64,000 bases of DNA from Mustelus asterias. Lineage: Eukaryota. The notes beneath the pieces were generated by a model. The model searched no databases and was not told where the DNA came from. It saw only the letters and a program-made list of their open reading frames with translations. The stretch lies in NCBI RefSeq assembly GCF_964213995.1, contig NC_135803.1:10044001-10108000 (forward strand), read 5' to 3'. Positions 1-12,243 of the stretch are shown here, piece after piece. Position numbers and translations under genes: made by a program. Position 1 is the stretch's first letter. Each line of letters starts with the position of its first letter.

Positions 1-172
1 AAAGATGTGCGGGTTAGGTTGATTGGCCATGTTAAATTGCCCTTTAATAGCAGGGGGACGAGCTAAGGTAAATGCATGGGGTTATGGGGATAGGGACTGG
101 CTGGATTTGTGGCCGGCGCAGACTCGATGGGTTGAATGGCCTCCTTCTGCACTGTAGGATTCTATGATTCTA
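1..172 (+). mobile_element. HE1-like V-SINE, 3' part with (GATTCTAT)n CR1-type tail
   Basis: AAAGATGTGCGGGTTAGGTTGATTGGCC core and GACTCGATGGG...GATTCTATGATTCT tail. Paralogous copy at 32435-32610. Confidence 0.85.
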
Positions 173-644
173 AGTACACATAAATCGTGGAATGTTGGCA
201 GTGAATTGCGCCATCACTATTTTATTTACCTAATCGCAAAAATGGACCAATTGCACATCCTTTCCATGCTTCAAAGATTTAACAAGGAAGTTCAATTTAG
301 ATAAAATTAGGCAACAGTTCATCATCAAAAGTGTATGTGGAAACTTGCACATGAGTGTTGCATTTTAAATGTACTTCTCCCTCAAGCACTGAGGGTGGGC
401 AGAGGTAATGTTTACACTTTTGATTGGTACTCTGTTAGTCTGTAAACAATAAATGTTAAAAACGAATGAACGGGTTTCAACGAAACTTGCCAGACAGATA
501 GGAAGAGTTGAAGAGTTCTTGACAATATGCGGATCTGCATCGGGATCCTCAATTTTTAAGAAGTAGCGGCTAACATTGAGAGATATGGTGAATGAAACTT
601 TTTTTTTCGAACGTCGTGGGTTATTTATTTAGAATGTTGTTTGT

Positions 645-935
645 TAAAAGTGTATTTATTAGTGTCACAGGTAGGCTTACATTAACACTGCAATGAAGTT
701 ACTGTGAAAATCCCCTAGTCGCCACACTCCGGCACCTGTTCAAGTAGACTGAGGGAGAACGTAGCATGGCCAATGCACCCAACCAGCATGTCTTTCGGAC
801 TGTGGGAGGACACGGGAGCACCCGGAGGAAACCCACACAGATAGGGGAGGGCATACGTACTCGGCACACAAGGTGACCCAAGCTGGGAATCGAACCCAGG
901 TCCCTGGTGCTGTGAAGCAGCAGTATTAACCAAAC
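645..935 (-). mobile_element. tRNA-derived V-SINE, alternative tail (type B)
   Basis: B-box GGTTCGATTCC, V-domain, tail ...GTGTGGCGACTAGGGGATTTTCACAGTAACTTCATTGCAGTG...AATAAA. Paralogous copy at 31655-31955. Confidence 0.85.
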
Positions 936-1263
936 GTTGTTGATCGTTTTCCAATTTTGTGGATTGTCTCAGCTGCTTGTTTGTCACAGCTGTCAAAATG
1001 CGAGCAGAATTTTCACAGCAGGTTGTTGAACGTGGATTGGCGTTCCCAGTGAGATGGGAACTTCTAATAAAAGGTTTTGTTCAGCGTTGTGGTTACAAAA
1101 CTTCAAGGGGGGACGGAAAAGCCTTAACGAAGCGGCACATAATTGTATTAGCGTTGAGGTAAACATCATGGCGAAGATATGCAAAATACTGACTAGCTTC
1201 TTCAATTGTTGGTTTTTGATTGCCATCAGCTTTAGGAGCAATGATTAAGTTTTCGAATATAAT

Positions 1264-1385
1264 GGGGCGAATTTTCCAGTTGTAATTGGGAATGGAAATG
1301 GGAAATGGGGCGGACTATGGAAAGGTCCATTGACCTTGGGCTTGATTTCCGGTTTCGGGGCGAGCGCACCCGAAACTCCCGCCAA
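1264..1385. mobile_element. Short GC-rich MITE (related copies at 31205-31328 and 57175-57290)
   Basis: Imperfect terminal inverted repeats GGGCGAATTTTCC / GAAACTCCCGCC, recurring three times in the window. Confidence 0.55.
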
Positions 1386-1531
1386 CCGTCTCAGATATAA
1401 GACGATTCACTCATGACACAAGGTGATTTCGGGCAGTTACTGCCCCTATTTGAAAATAAGTTCATTTCAATTCATTTATGTAATTTTAAAAAATCTCTAT
1501 TTTATCGACACCAAACTATATTGTTTTACAG

Positions 1532-1823
1532 CTTTTGGTATAGAGGTCTGCGTTTCGTGCTGACCATGGTTTTCGCCATTGAAGAAATCAACAAGAACCC
1601 AAGTCTGCTTCCTAATGTTACATTGGGTTACCGGATTTACGATACTTGTACTATGCCGCTTTTAACTTTGAAATCAACATTTGAATTTCTCAACAAAGGT
1701 GAAGACCCGTCTTCCAATTTAGCTTGCAAAAAGTCATCTACCGTCTCTGCCATTGTCGGCGACTCTGGATCTTCGCGATCTGTAGCAATGGCCACGTTAA
1801 TCGGTCCATTCAGGATCCCTATG
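1532..1823 (+). CDS. V2R/OlfC-type class C GPCR gene A, exon 2 (Venus flytrap domain)
   Basis: TACAG|CTTTTGG acceptor and ATG|GTAAGA donor, 292 bp. Encodes [25 protein letters not shown] and AIVGDSGSS...FRIPM, typical of V2R/CaSR-family exon 2. Exon 1 would lie upstream of the window. Confidence 0.95.
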
Positions 1824-3983
1824 GTAAGATATATATTCATCAATGTTCCAAGCTCAAAATGCAGAAAGCACAGTTATTGTCAAAGTAATAGGTTACTTCC
1901 ATTTATTGTTGGATTATTAGACTCTAATATTCATTATTCCACAAAAATCTTATGGGGACTAAATCTTGATATAAATATATTTAAGTGCTAACTAACATTG
2001 CTAATAACTGCAATTGGATGCAGTAATGTTAATGGTAAATTAACTTTGTGTCTAAATTATGATTAAATGCAGATAAAACCAGACAAATATATTTGAACTG
2101 CTAACTATAATGAAACAATTTAATTATAGTTTCATAACTTATCAGGAAAGGTTGGAGCTTGATAAGAGAAGGCTGACAGCTTCCCTGATACTCCGAAGGA
2201 GGTCTTTAAGACTATGCAGTTCTCCGTTAAGGAAGACAGGGAAAAGATGTCTCCGCATGTTTTATTATTCACAACTAGTGAACATAAAAATAAAATACTC
2301 ACGAATGATTATAGGAAGGAATTTCGGCTAAAGTTTTTTTCCGACAAGTCGCGGCGAGTAGGTAGTATTCACTACCGTCTGGATTATTTGAGGTGAATAA
2401 CAGATATGCACTTAAGGGGAGTTGGATAACTACACAGGCAGAAAAGGAATAGGCTATATGTCGATAAGGCGAGCTCAAAAGAAGGGGGTGGGGGAGGGGG
2501 GGGGGGGGGGGTGGGGAGTGAGACCAATTGGAGATACTTAAATAGATGAAAGGTTTTAATGGAGTGAATACATATTTCCTCTTAACAGGAGGATATGACT
2601 AGGCACCATCGATATAAGATAGTCGCCAAGAAATCCAATAGATAATTCAGAAGAAACGTCTTTACTCAATGAGTGGTGAGAGTGGGAAACCTGCTGCCAA
2701 CGCAGGTTAAAGCAAATAGTACAGACACATTTAGGGGGAATCTACAATAACAGCTGAGAGAGAAGCGAATTGGCGGTTACAAAGCTTGCTTTAGACGAGA
2801 AAAGCGGAGGTAAGGTGCGAGTGAAGCATGAAGGCCGGCATCGAATAGTTGGGTCGAGTAGCCTGTTTCTGCGCCGTATGGTATGTATAACCCCATCTAG
2901 CGTGGAAGGAGGCCCGTATAAGCTGCATAGGTCTGTGAGGCCAAATGGCCTGTCTTTGTGAGGTTAACTCCTATGTCAAGAAATTATGTCTCACATTTAA
3001 GGATATCTTAAATGATTCGTGTCAGCATTGCTATTCCGGTTCTCCTTTTATACCCGAATGAATATTAAACATGAATGCTTGTAGTGGGAGGAGGGGGAGA
3101 AGGGGGGGAGGGGGAGTGGACATGAATACTGTTCATGAATTCACACAAACCATTCAGTGATCAGACATTATTCTCTTTTCAAAACTAAGTTGCTCTGTTT
3201 CGCGGTATCTTCTTCCGGGTTCGCCTACCAGTCTGCCACCTTTGCGCCCTTTGTATATTACTCATCTGATTTGCAGATCTTTTATTTTCGCATTAAATCC
3301 CCTCTACCCTATAGGTAACAGCTGAGCGTTATCTTGTTCTCTTGCACTGTCGGTCCACATTTGGAATCTTGTTAATTAAATTTGCTGAATAATTTCAATA
3401 GAAAACTTATTGCCTTGGATCAAATCTGCCGCGAGGCTTCCCTTGTGCGTTAGTTAAATTCACGCTGCGAAATTACATTAGAATCATTCGCACAGAAGAA
3501 GATGATCCAATCCATTCTGCACGTGCAGCCTTATTGGAGGATCGAACCAATTAATGCAACTCTCCCGCAATTTTCCTTCCATATTTCCATTCGTGTAGAT
3601 ATCAAATTATTTTCTCTACTATGCGGAGTACTGTTTCTTGCTATCTATATTATCCACTTGACTGACGCCCCCAATCTCTGACATCTTTCCAGTAAATATC
3701 TTCAGAGCTTTCTCCAAAGGTTCCAAATCTAGAGCCGAAAATCCTGGGCACACGCAACAGTTTCTTACAGAAGAGAACAGGAAACGGTTGCAGTTTTAAC
3801 CCTTCATTAAGGACATCTGCAACCTTTCGTTCAGTGTTTCCATGATCTCATCCCTTCGCGCAGTTGAATAATGTTCTGGAAGTGAATGCAAATGGCAGGC
3901 GGGACGGAGTGTGTTGCACATAACTAGAATTATCGTTGTCCTCAGAGTGAAATTTAACATGCTTCCATTTGAATTCTCCACAG

Positions 3984-4817
3984 GTCAGTTACTTTTCCAC
4001 TTGCGCATGCCTGAGTAACAGGAAGAAATATCCATCATTTTTCAGAACCATACCAAGCGACCATTTCCAGGCGAGAGCCTTAGCCCAACTCGTAAAGCGC
4101 TTTGGCTGGACATGGATCGGGACGATCAAAAACAACGATGATTACGGTAATTTTGGGATGCAAGCTTTCACCGAAGCTGTCCAACAATTAGGTGTTTGCA
4201 TTGCTTTCTCCGAATCCATTCACAGAACAGACCGCAGAGCCAAGTTACTTCGAGTCGTCGATGTTCTAAAGAAATCTTCCACCAAAGTTGTGGTGGCATT
4301 CGTTGCGTCTAAGGAAATGACATTTTTATTGAATGAAATTGCACGACAGAACGTGACGGGTGTGCAATGGATAGGAAGCGAGGCTTGGGTATCCACGCAA
4401 TTTCTACCTCAGGAAGAAAGCAGGCGATTTGTCTCCGGCACACTCGGAGTCGCAATTCGCCAGGTCGATATACCAGGACTGAGAGAATTTCTCATGGATG
4501 TCCATCCTTCTTTGTATCCAGGCAACCTTTTAGTGAAGGAGCTTTGGGAATCAACATTTGGCTGTACGCTGATGAGTACAGCGAACAAAACAGATCAAAT
4601 GCAACCTGTTTTGTTGAAAGAGTGCACCGGAGGAGAGGATTTACACACAGTCCACAACAAATTTGCTGATGTTTCGCAGTACAGGATTACTTACAATGTT
4701 TATAAAGCTACGTACGCCATAGCCCACGCTCTTCACAATATGCTGTCGTGTGAAAATGGCAACGGACCATTTCCCCAAAAAGGTTGTGCAAATATCTCAA
4801 GTTTTCAACCTTGGCAG
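3984..4817 (+). CDS. V2R/OlfC gene A, exon 3
   Basis: CAG|GTCAGT to CAG|GTAAGG, 834 bp open. Motifs [55 protein letters not shown]. Confidence 0.96.
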
Positions 4818-4865
4818 GTAAGGAGGTCAATGTTTAAGTTTACGCTTAGTTTGAAGTTCATGCTT

Positions 4866-5163
4866 TTAAGTTTATTTGTTAGTGTCAGAAATAGGCTGAA
4901 TTAACACTGCATTGACGTTACTTTGAAAATCCCGTAGTCGCCACACTCCGGCGCCTGTTCGGGTACACTTAGGATGAATTTAGCATTGTTACTACACCTA
5001 ACCAACACGCTTTTCGGCCTGTTTGAGGAAACCGGAGCATCCGGAGGAAACCCACTCAGACACGGTGAGCACGTGCGGGCTCTACACAGACAGTGACCCA
5101 AACCGGGGATGGAACCCAGGTCCCTGGCGTTGTGAGGCAGCACTACTCATCGCTGTGCCGCCC
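4866..5163 (-). mobile_element. V-SINE type B in gene A intron 3
   Basis: Shared with gene B (26490-26800). Gene D has the empty site. Confidence 0.85.
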
Positions 5164-5310
5164 GTAATATTTAAACAGTTTGATAATTTAAAATTAGTAT
5201 ATCTATAAACTGTTTAAGTTCTTACTGGAAATAAAAGCGATATTAAATGTCGCAAGTTTCTTCCAAACAAAAAAATTGTTAAATTCTACTTTCTTGATTC
5301 TATTTCAAAG

Positions 5311-5538
5311 CTTCTGCATTATATGAAAACAGTCAATTTCACTACCAAGATCGGTGAAAATATCTATTTTGATGAAAATGGAGACCCGGTGGCCACATAT
5401 GATATCGTAAACTGGCAGCCCAATTCCGCTGGTGGGGTGGACATTGTAGGTGTTGGAGTCTATGACGGATCAGCTCCCCCAGGCCAGAAATTTGTGATAA
5501 AGGACGAAGCAATTGTATGGAATGGAGGTCAGATTACG
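5311..5538 (+). CDS. V2R/OlfC gene A, exon 4
   Basis: AAG|CTTCTG to ACG|GTAGGG, 228 bp. Encodes [12 protein letters not shown]...[17 protein letters not shown]. Confidence 0.95.
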
Positions 5539-5899
5539 GTAGGGACAATAAGGACAAACAAGTGCGCAAAATGGTGTGGTTGAAATCGAACATATAAGCC
5601 ATGCATCTTCCTGAATGCAATTGTTTTGAAATTCCAGTGAAGTTTGAATACGCATATTAACCTATGTGAGTAGACTGTTGTTGTTTAGAGAGTTAAACTT
5701 GTATCAAATTTTGAAATATACTCCAGGAGGGTGATGTTTCGGGGAATGCATTTCAGTTCTAGTACTGAATGGAATCATCAATAACTTCAACAAGTTTTTC
5801 GGGTGAAATTATTGCGTCAAACGCCCAGGTTAGTCTGTATAGGTGCGACTAAATTTAAGACTGTTAATTATATGGTCAATTCTGAATTTTATGAGGACG

Positions 5900-6790
5900 A
5901 TATCATGATAACACGTAGCCAGGACGTGTGGCATCGACTGTGATGATTTGGGACCAGTGAAGTTTGCTAGTGCTGTTGGTTTAAACTAACATAGCATGGG
6001 ATGGGGTTCTGAGACAAGATTCAACAGGGGGTCATGCAGAGCCAAAATTAGAAGACACAGTTGTGGACCGGTTAAGGTACAGGGCAGTTTGGCAAGAATG
6101 GATGATATTTATTTTAATGAAAGAAGTCTGACGAGAAAGGTAGATGCCTTGAGGGCGCAAATAAAATCATGGACGTATGATATCATTGCTGAGAGATGGC
6201 TGAGGCAACGGCATGATTGGCAGGGAAGGATGTTAAAGAGGACGGGGTGCCCGAATTTTGATCAGGGAATCAATTACAGCCGTTATGAGGGACAACATCT
6301 TAGAAGGCTCTTCCAATGAAGCCATACGGGTCGAAGTTAACAAACAAAAAGGAGCAAGCGCATTGCAGGGTATGTTCGATAGCATCCCCCTCCGCTGCCC
6401 CTTAACAATCGGAAAGGAACATAAGGGAAGATATGTAGGCAAATTTCAGAGAAAAGTAAAAGTAACAGGTCAGTGGTAGTGGGGCGTTTCAACTTCCCCA
6501 GCATTATCTGGGGTTGTCATAGTGCGAAAGGTCTAATGGAAGCAGAATTCTTAAAACGTGTCCAGGAGAACATTTTAAGCTATCGCGCACAAGGTTCTAC
6601 ACGATAAGGAAGTCCTGGACTTAAATTTAAATAACAAAGCCGGGCAAGTGGTTGAAGTATCAATGAGGCAGCATTTTTCAAACAGCGATTATAACTCCGT
6701 TCGGTTCAATATTGTTAGGCAAAGAGCATAGGGATGGGCCAGAAATCAAAGTCCTATTCTGGGGGAAGACCGATTTTAATAAGATCCTTG
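5900..6790 (+). mobile_element. Degenerate CR1 LINE (ORF1 end / APE endonuclease region)
   Basis: Remnants such as YFNERSLTRKVDALRAQI..W.YDIIA and EAIRVE. Homologous copy in gene B intron 4. Confidence 0.7.
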
Positions 6791-7156
6791 TCAGATTTTG
6801 CGTCACCTACTATGCGAATGAAATTACATTGACCACCGTATAAAGGTGCTGGCAATGAAACTATTTATGATAAAAACAATCTCAGTCGCAAAGGTTTTCG
6901 CCTTGAATCTATTGCGATTCTTGGCAATCATCACTATCGATTTGCAACTTCATTTAAAAAAAAATATTCTTTCACCTATAAATAAACCACAAATCTCAGA
7001 AGCCGTCAAAGAGTGTTAGGGCAACGTAGTGACTTATTTTCTACGTTACAATCTTCTCCAATGATATTGAACAGCTTCAGGTCGGTTTTTTGCTGAACCT
7101 GAGATGATGACAAGTAGTAGCATGCGTGTAGCAGGCTTCTCAGCGGGGGTTCTGGA

Positions 7157-7470
7157 GCGGCATCGTGGCACTGCTGCCTCACAGCGCCAGGGGCGCGGGT
7201 TCAATTCCGGCCTGGGATCACTGTCTTTGTGGAGTTGCACGTTCTCCCCGTGTCTGCGTCGGTTTCCTCCGGCTGCTCCGCTTTCGTCCCACAGTACAAA
7301 GGTGCGTGGGTTAGGTTGATTGGCCGTGCCAAATTAACCCTAGTGTCAGGGGCATTAGCAGGGGAAATATGTGGGTTTACGGGAACAGGGCCTGGGTGGG
7401 ATTGTGGTCCGTGCAGTGTCGATGGGCCGAACAGTCGCCTTCTGCCCTGTAGGGATTCTATGATTCTATT
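7157..7470 (+). mobile_element. HE1-like SINE (tail A)
   Basis: tRNA-like head, V-domain, GATTCTATGATTCTAT tail. Confidence 0.85.
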
Positions 7471-7894
7471 GCCTTTGGTCCTGCACAAAGGAAACGGCTG
7501 CTACCAACTTCAGAACTGGATAGACAGATAAACAAAACATTCTTGCCTTGATATTCCAGTTCGCGAATTATAAAGTTCAAAATTACATTAGTTTTATTTT
7601 TGTTATTTCATTTCCCCGAGCCCGACTTTAATTCCTCGAAATTTTCAGTTGTGTTGGTAAGACATGACCTAGGTTTTATAAGTTCACAATAGTGTCTCTA
7701 ACTCGCTGAAATGTTTCCAAGTGCCCAGTCTTTCTGTTAGTAATTATAGATTCCCAAAACCGCCCTGCAGCTGGTGTTGAACGAACACATCTGGAATGAC
7801 CTGAATTCTCCTTTTCACCTTCCTTCAGTAATGGAGTGAACATCGAAATATCGCGGGATTAATAATAAAGTGACTTTCTCTTCTTTATAATGAG

Positions 7895-8018
7895 GTTCCA
7901 AGAGCAGTTTGCTCCGAGAGTTGCCCACATGGGACGAGAAAAGCCTCAAGGAAAGGAGAACCCATTTGCTGCTTTGACTGCATAAAATGCGCGGATGGTG
8001 AAATTAGCAACAGCACAG
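7895..8018 (+). CDS. V2R/OlfC gene A, exon 5 (cysteine-rich domain)
   Basis: 124 bp encoding [41 protein letters not shown]. Donor G|GTACAG, acceptor GAG. Confidence 0.93.
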
Positions 8019-8303
8019 GTACAGACAAGGGGGAAATTGCATTGTGTGGCTCTGTGCTTGGTGAGAACTGATTTCCTCTGATTTCTCAGAGAAAACAAAT
8101 GGTGTAAAGGACCATCTTTAAGAAACGTTGGACTTTTTCCTTGAAACGCAGACATTAAACAAATTATTGCTTAATTTGTCGTGTGACGAACAAAAAGCGG
8201 GGGAAATGTTACCGCTGGGATCTTTAATAACTGCATTATTTAGCATAAATATAGTTTTCTTTCTTGCTCGTTTTATGTTCTATGTAATTTATGTTTCTTT
8301 CAG

Positions 8304-9217
8304 ATTCTCCAGATTGCATGAAATGCCCATGGGAATACCGCTCGAACCGACAACGAGACGAGTGCATATTGAAAGAGATTGAATTTCTTTCTTTTGGCGA
8401 CCTGATGGGGATTATTTTGGTGACATTGGCATTGTTTGGAGCCTCTCTAACGATCGGTGTATTTGTGTTGTTTTATGCGTACAGAGATACTCCTATCGTT
8501 AAAGCTAACAACTCGGAGTTGAGTTTTCTGCTTCTTTTTGCATTGATTCTGTGTTTTCTGTGTTCAATTACATTCATTGGAGAACCTTCCCCCTGGTCTT
8601 GTGTGTTACGTCACACAGCATTTGGCATCATTTTTGTTCTTTGCATTTCTTGCGTTTTGAGCAAAACAGTTGTTGTGGTGATGGCATTTAGTGCAATTCT
8701 TCCGGGCAGTAAGAAGATGAGGTGGTTTGGGCCTGTTCAGCAACGCCTTTCTGTTTGTGCACTTACATTAGTACAATGTTTAATATGCACGCTTTGGCTA
8801 AGATTATCACCTCCTTACCCTCGAAAGAACAGTGATTATTTTAAGGAAATCATTGTTTTTGAATGCAATGTAGGTTCGCCGATAGCCTTTTATTGTGTGC
8901 TTGGCTATATTGGATTTCTGTCTTGTGTGTGTTTTGTGATGGCTTTTCTTGCTCGACAACTTCCAAACAATTTCAATGAAGCTAAACACATCACGTTTAG
9001 CATGATTATCTTCTGCGCTGTCTGGATAACTTTCATTCCAGCCTATATAAGTTCCCCAGGTAAATATGCCGTAGCTGTGGAAGTGTTTGCGATTTTGGCA
9101 TCCAGTTTTGGCCTGGTTTTCTGTATTTTTGCTCCCAAATGCCACATTATCCTGCTGAAAAAAGAAATGAACACCAAGAAGCATATGATGGATAAAATGG
9201 CTTCCAAGGATCTTTAA
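8304..9217 (+). CDS. V2R/OlfC gene A, exon 6 (7TM domain, stop)
   Basis: TTTCAG|AT acceptor. Motifs [52 protein letters not shown] at 9215-9217. Confidence 0.96.
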
Positions 9218-9319
9218 TTCTGCCTCCAAGGCTTTGTAATGCAACCTCGCTGAAGCAAATGTGCTCACTCGTAGTAAATGCTGTTATCGTCTTTTTAATG
9301 TTACGAATTTGAACATCGA

Positions 9320-9325
9320 AATAAA
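9320..9325 (+). promoter_or_regulatory. Candidate poly(A) signal of gene A (second AATAAA at 9414-9419)
   Basis: AATAAA about 100 nt after the stop, at the same position as in gene B. Confidence 0.45.
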
Positions 9326-9729
9326 CTACAAAGTACTTGCAAAATGTGGAAATTTTACTCTGGATAAATGTAACTTTGTGGGTGCTTGTACTCAAATCAG
9401 TCATCACTTTTTAAATAAACGTCTCTTGTTCTTTCATAGTCTGAGTGTGTTTGGGATACAGTCAGAGGAGGAAGTGTAGGAGGGAACAGAGAGAAAAGAT
9501 GGGAGATCACCACAGAAGCAGTGCAACACACCAATACTTCAATGTTAACCTCACCAGGCCTTGATGAAAATATAAATTTGTTTTAGAAATGAATGTAAGG
9601 TGCTGATAAATAATTCTGTCTCTTTTAACAATTTTTGTTTCGTTTGCATTTCATTTCCGTCCGGAAAGATTTGTGCAACACGAAGCACTAGCTTGTATTT
9701 AATTGAAAGCCAGGATACGCCTGCAAAGG

Positions 9730-10770
9730 AGAAAGGCTTGTTTGATATAATGTGAGGACAGACATGCAAACCAGTGGGGGAAAGGTCAAGTCCTTTGTAA
9801 CCACAGAAAAAAGTTTATTAACATGTAAACAAGCACAACAAGACAGGCCACAATGCAATATCAAGGATCATTCAACTTTAACAATCAGAAGCACTATTAT
9901 TCTGGAATTAAGCACGGATGTCACTGAGTGGCTGCAGGATATCCATGCATGGAGAAGGGCGGTGGGCAATCAGCCAAACGTCGTGGTCCACAATGACATA
10001 GATAAGTAAGGGATGAAGTTCTGGAAGCAGATTTCAGGGAGTTACGAAGGAAATTTTGAAAAACTCAAGAATAGTAGTCTCAGGATTACTCGCAGTTCCA
10101 AGTGCCAATGAGTATAGGAATAGGAGCATTAACGGATTAAATACGTGGCTGGAAAAATGGTCATGGAGGGATGCCATCAGCTTTCTAAGGCAGTGGGACC
10201 GGTTTTGTGGCAGGTGGAACCTGTTCAAGTTGGACAGGTTACATTTAACAGGGTTCAGCATGGATATACTAGCATGAAGGTATGCTGGTGTTGTGGGGTT
10301 GGGTTTGAATTAGTTTATCAGAGGCATGGGAACTTGAAGAGTGGTCCAAATTGGAAATGGGTAAACTTGGTAACAGGAAGTAACAATGGCGTTGGAAGGC
10401 AGGAGAAATATAGAAAATAATCGAGTATGCGTCAAATGTGGAATGGTGTCAAATATACAGTGTAAAGGGAATATGCACAGCATTCGTAACAAGGTCAATG
10501 ATCTGAAAGCACAATTAATGATAAATTGATATGACATAATTGTCATTATGGAAACATGGTTGCATGATGACCAAGACTGGGGACTGAATAACCAAACATA
10601 TTCAATGGTTCGGAAGGAGAGACCAGAAAGGAAAGAAGGTGGGTTTGGCTGAGAATAAGGGATGAGGTCCATGCAGTGGTGAGGAAGGATCGGAAGAACA
10701 ATGTGCAGAATCTGTTTGGATGGAGCTAGGAAACAGCAAATTACAGCGGACGTTGGTTCAACTTAGTTTC
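9730..10770 (+). mobile_element. CR1 LINE relic (ORF1 SGNH esterase and endonuclease start)
   Basis: RIVVSGLLAVP...LNTWLEKW...F...WDRFCGRWNLFKLDRLHL, which is CR1 ORF1 esterase-like, followed by YDIIVIMETWL. Confidence 0.8.
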
Positions 10771-11196
10771 CAGCTGTTATGATCTGTTATAACTGGATGG
10801 GAAGATCCCAGATTGGATCCATGGCTCAAAAGACTGTAACTTCTACTGTTTTAGCAAACGTAGAGGAACAGAGTCACAGGGCCACTGATTAGTTTCAACT
10901 ACAATAAAAAACTGTTGAACATGAAAAGTTTTCTTTTAATGCAATAATCCTTTACTCCCCCTTAGTTTCACAAATACATGTGGAATTTACGGTTAGCATG
11001 GATTACACAGTATATCTAAGGCTAAATGTTTCAGTAACACACTGTCCCTTTAAACACACAAGCTGGCTGTGGTCAAACACACTCCAATCTACACCTGAGC
11101 GAATTTCTGTGGATTTGTCTTCAAAGTCCCCCTGGAGTTGAAGGAAATTAGCATAAGAAAGTTGCATCAGATAAATTGGTAGGGCTGAAAGTTGAT

Positions 11197-12243
11197 GGCC
11201 GGGATTCTCCCAGTCCCCTGCGCTGCTGGACTAGCACGGAGGGCCGGGAAACATCAGCGGCGGGCCGGTAGTGGGACACGCGGCCAGCGTCCCGCCGATC
11301 GAAAGTCCCCCAGGCTCTACTTTCCATGTAATCAACGCAATGCCAGAAATCAGTGCGGGACTCGTGACCTTGCGGAAATCGCCATTTCCATATGAATCGA
11401 GAGCCACAGATGGTAATCTCGGGCCCATTAGTGTCTCCCCCATCCCGGGAGAACCTCTGATAATCAGGGTTTACAACTGCTCCCCACCAACGGGGACCAG
11501 GCATGCTCACCCCGCTGGAGGGGGACTGAGGCCATTGATGCTCCCCGGGGGATTGGGGGCAGGGAGGTGCCCCTTGGGCAATGCAAGCCTGGTACTGCCC
11601 AGATGGCACATTAGCACTGTCCACTGGGCACCCTGACATTGCCCACCAAGTGCCACGCAATGCCAAAGGGCAACGGCCAGTGCCAATTGGGCAGGGCTAG
11701 AGGCGTGAGGCCTATTGGGACCGGGCCTGCTGGGGTGGGCAACTGGGGGGCAATGTGTTGATGGGGGAAGCCGCTGCGCGCTCAGTGGAGGACGGAGGGA
11801 GGGGAGCAATACGGGCTGGCCATCGGGATGGTCAAGCTGGCCATGGGGATGGTTCGGGGTTGGCCATGCTGGCGATCAGAGCTGACCTGGAGGTGGTCAG
11901 GGCTGGCCACAGGGATGGGGAGATCGGGGCTGACAATGGGGGCCTGGCGATTGGGGCTGGGGTGGTCGGGTTGGCCAGTTCTTGGGGGCTGGGGGTTGGG
12001 TAGGCGGGGTCGGGTAGGCAGGGGATGGGAGGGGGGAGTGGGGCTGCCAAAGCAATCTGGCGGCCGGGGATAGTAGGGCCAGTCCGGAGCGCTTGCTGCC
12101 GGCCTCTCCCGCGGGAATAGGCCCCGCCCCCCACTTTCCGGCTTTAATCTCTCGGAGGTAGAGTGCCGGAGATCCGTTCTGTTATGGAAATTCTCACATT
12201 TGCCCAGCCGTTGGGAACTTTGTTTCTTTGGGAGAATCCTGAC
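11197..12243. mobile_element. GC-rich non-autonomous TIR element inserted into CR1
   Basis: Ends GGCCGGGATTCTCCC / GGGAGAATCCTGAC. Splits a CR1 GLKVD|..S..P motif. An internal segment recurs at about 14110-14365. Confidence 0.65.

Larger units (their letters stand above)
1..9700 (+). repeat. Inverted segmental duplication with about 20950-32610 (gene A versus gene B)
   Basis: Introns, shared SINEs and 3' flank align as reverse complements, for example 170-230 with 32385-32440. Confidence 0.88.

Noticed and set aside
4367-4669. Alternative-frame ORF inside exon 3 (also 27040-27291 and 56282-56533)
   Set aside because: It is a by-product of paralog identity, and the stop position differs between copies.
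8807-9268. Antisense ORFs over exon 6 (also 21402-21839, 52476-52772, 42934-43263)
   Set aside because: These are shadow frames of the 7TM exon. They recur only because the paralogs are near-identical, and their lengths are not conserved.
10775-11140. Possible solo LTR interrupting the CR1 relic
   Set aside because: It begins with TGTTATG, but I could not identify a CA end, a TSD or a second copy.
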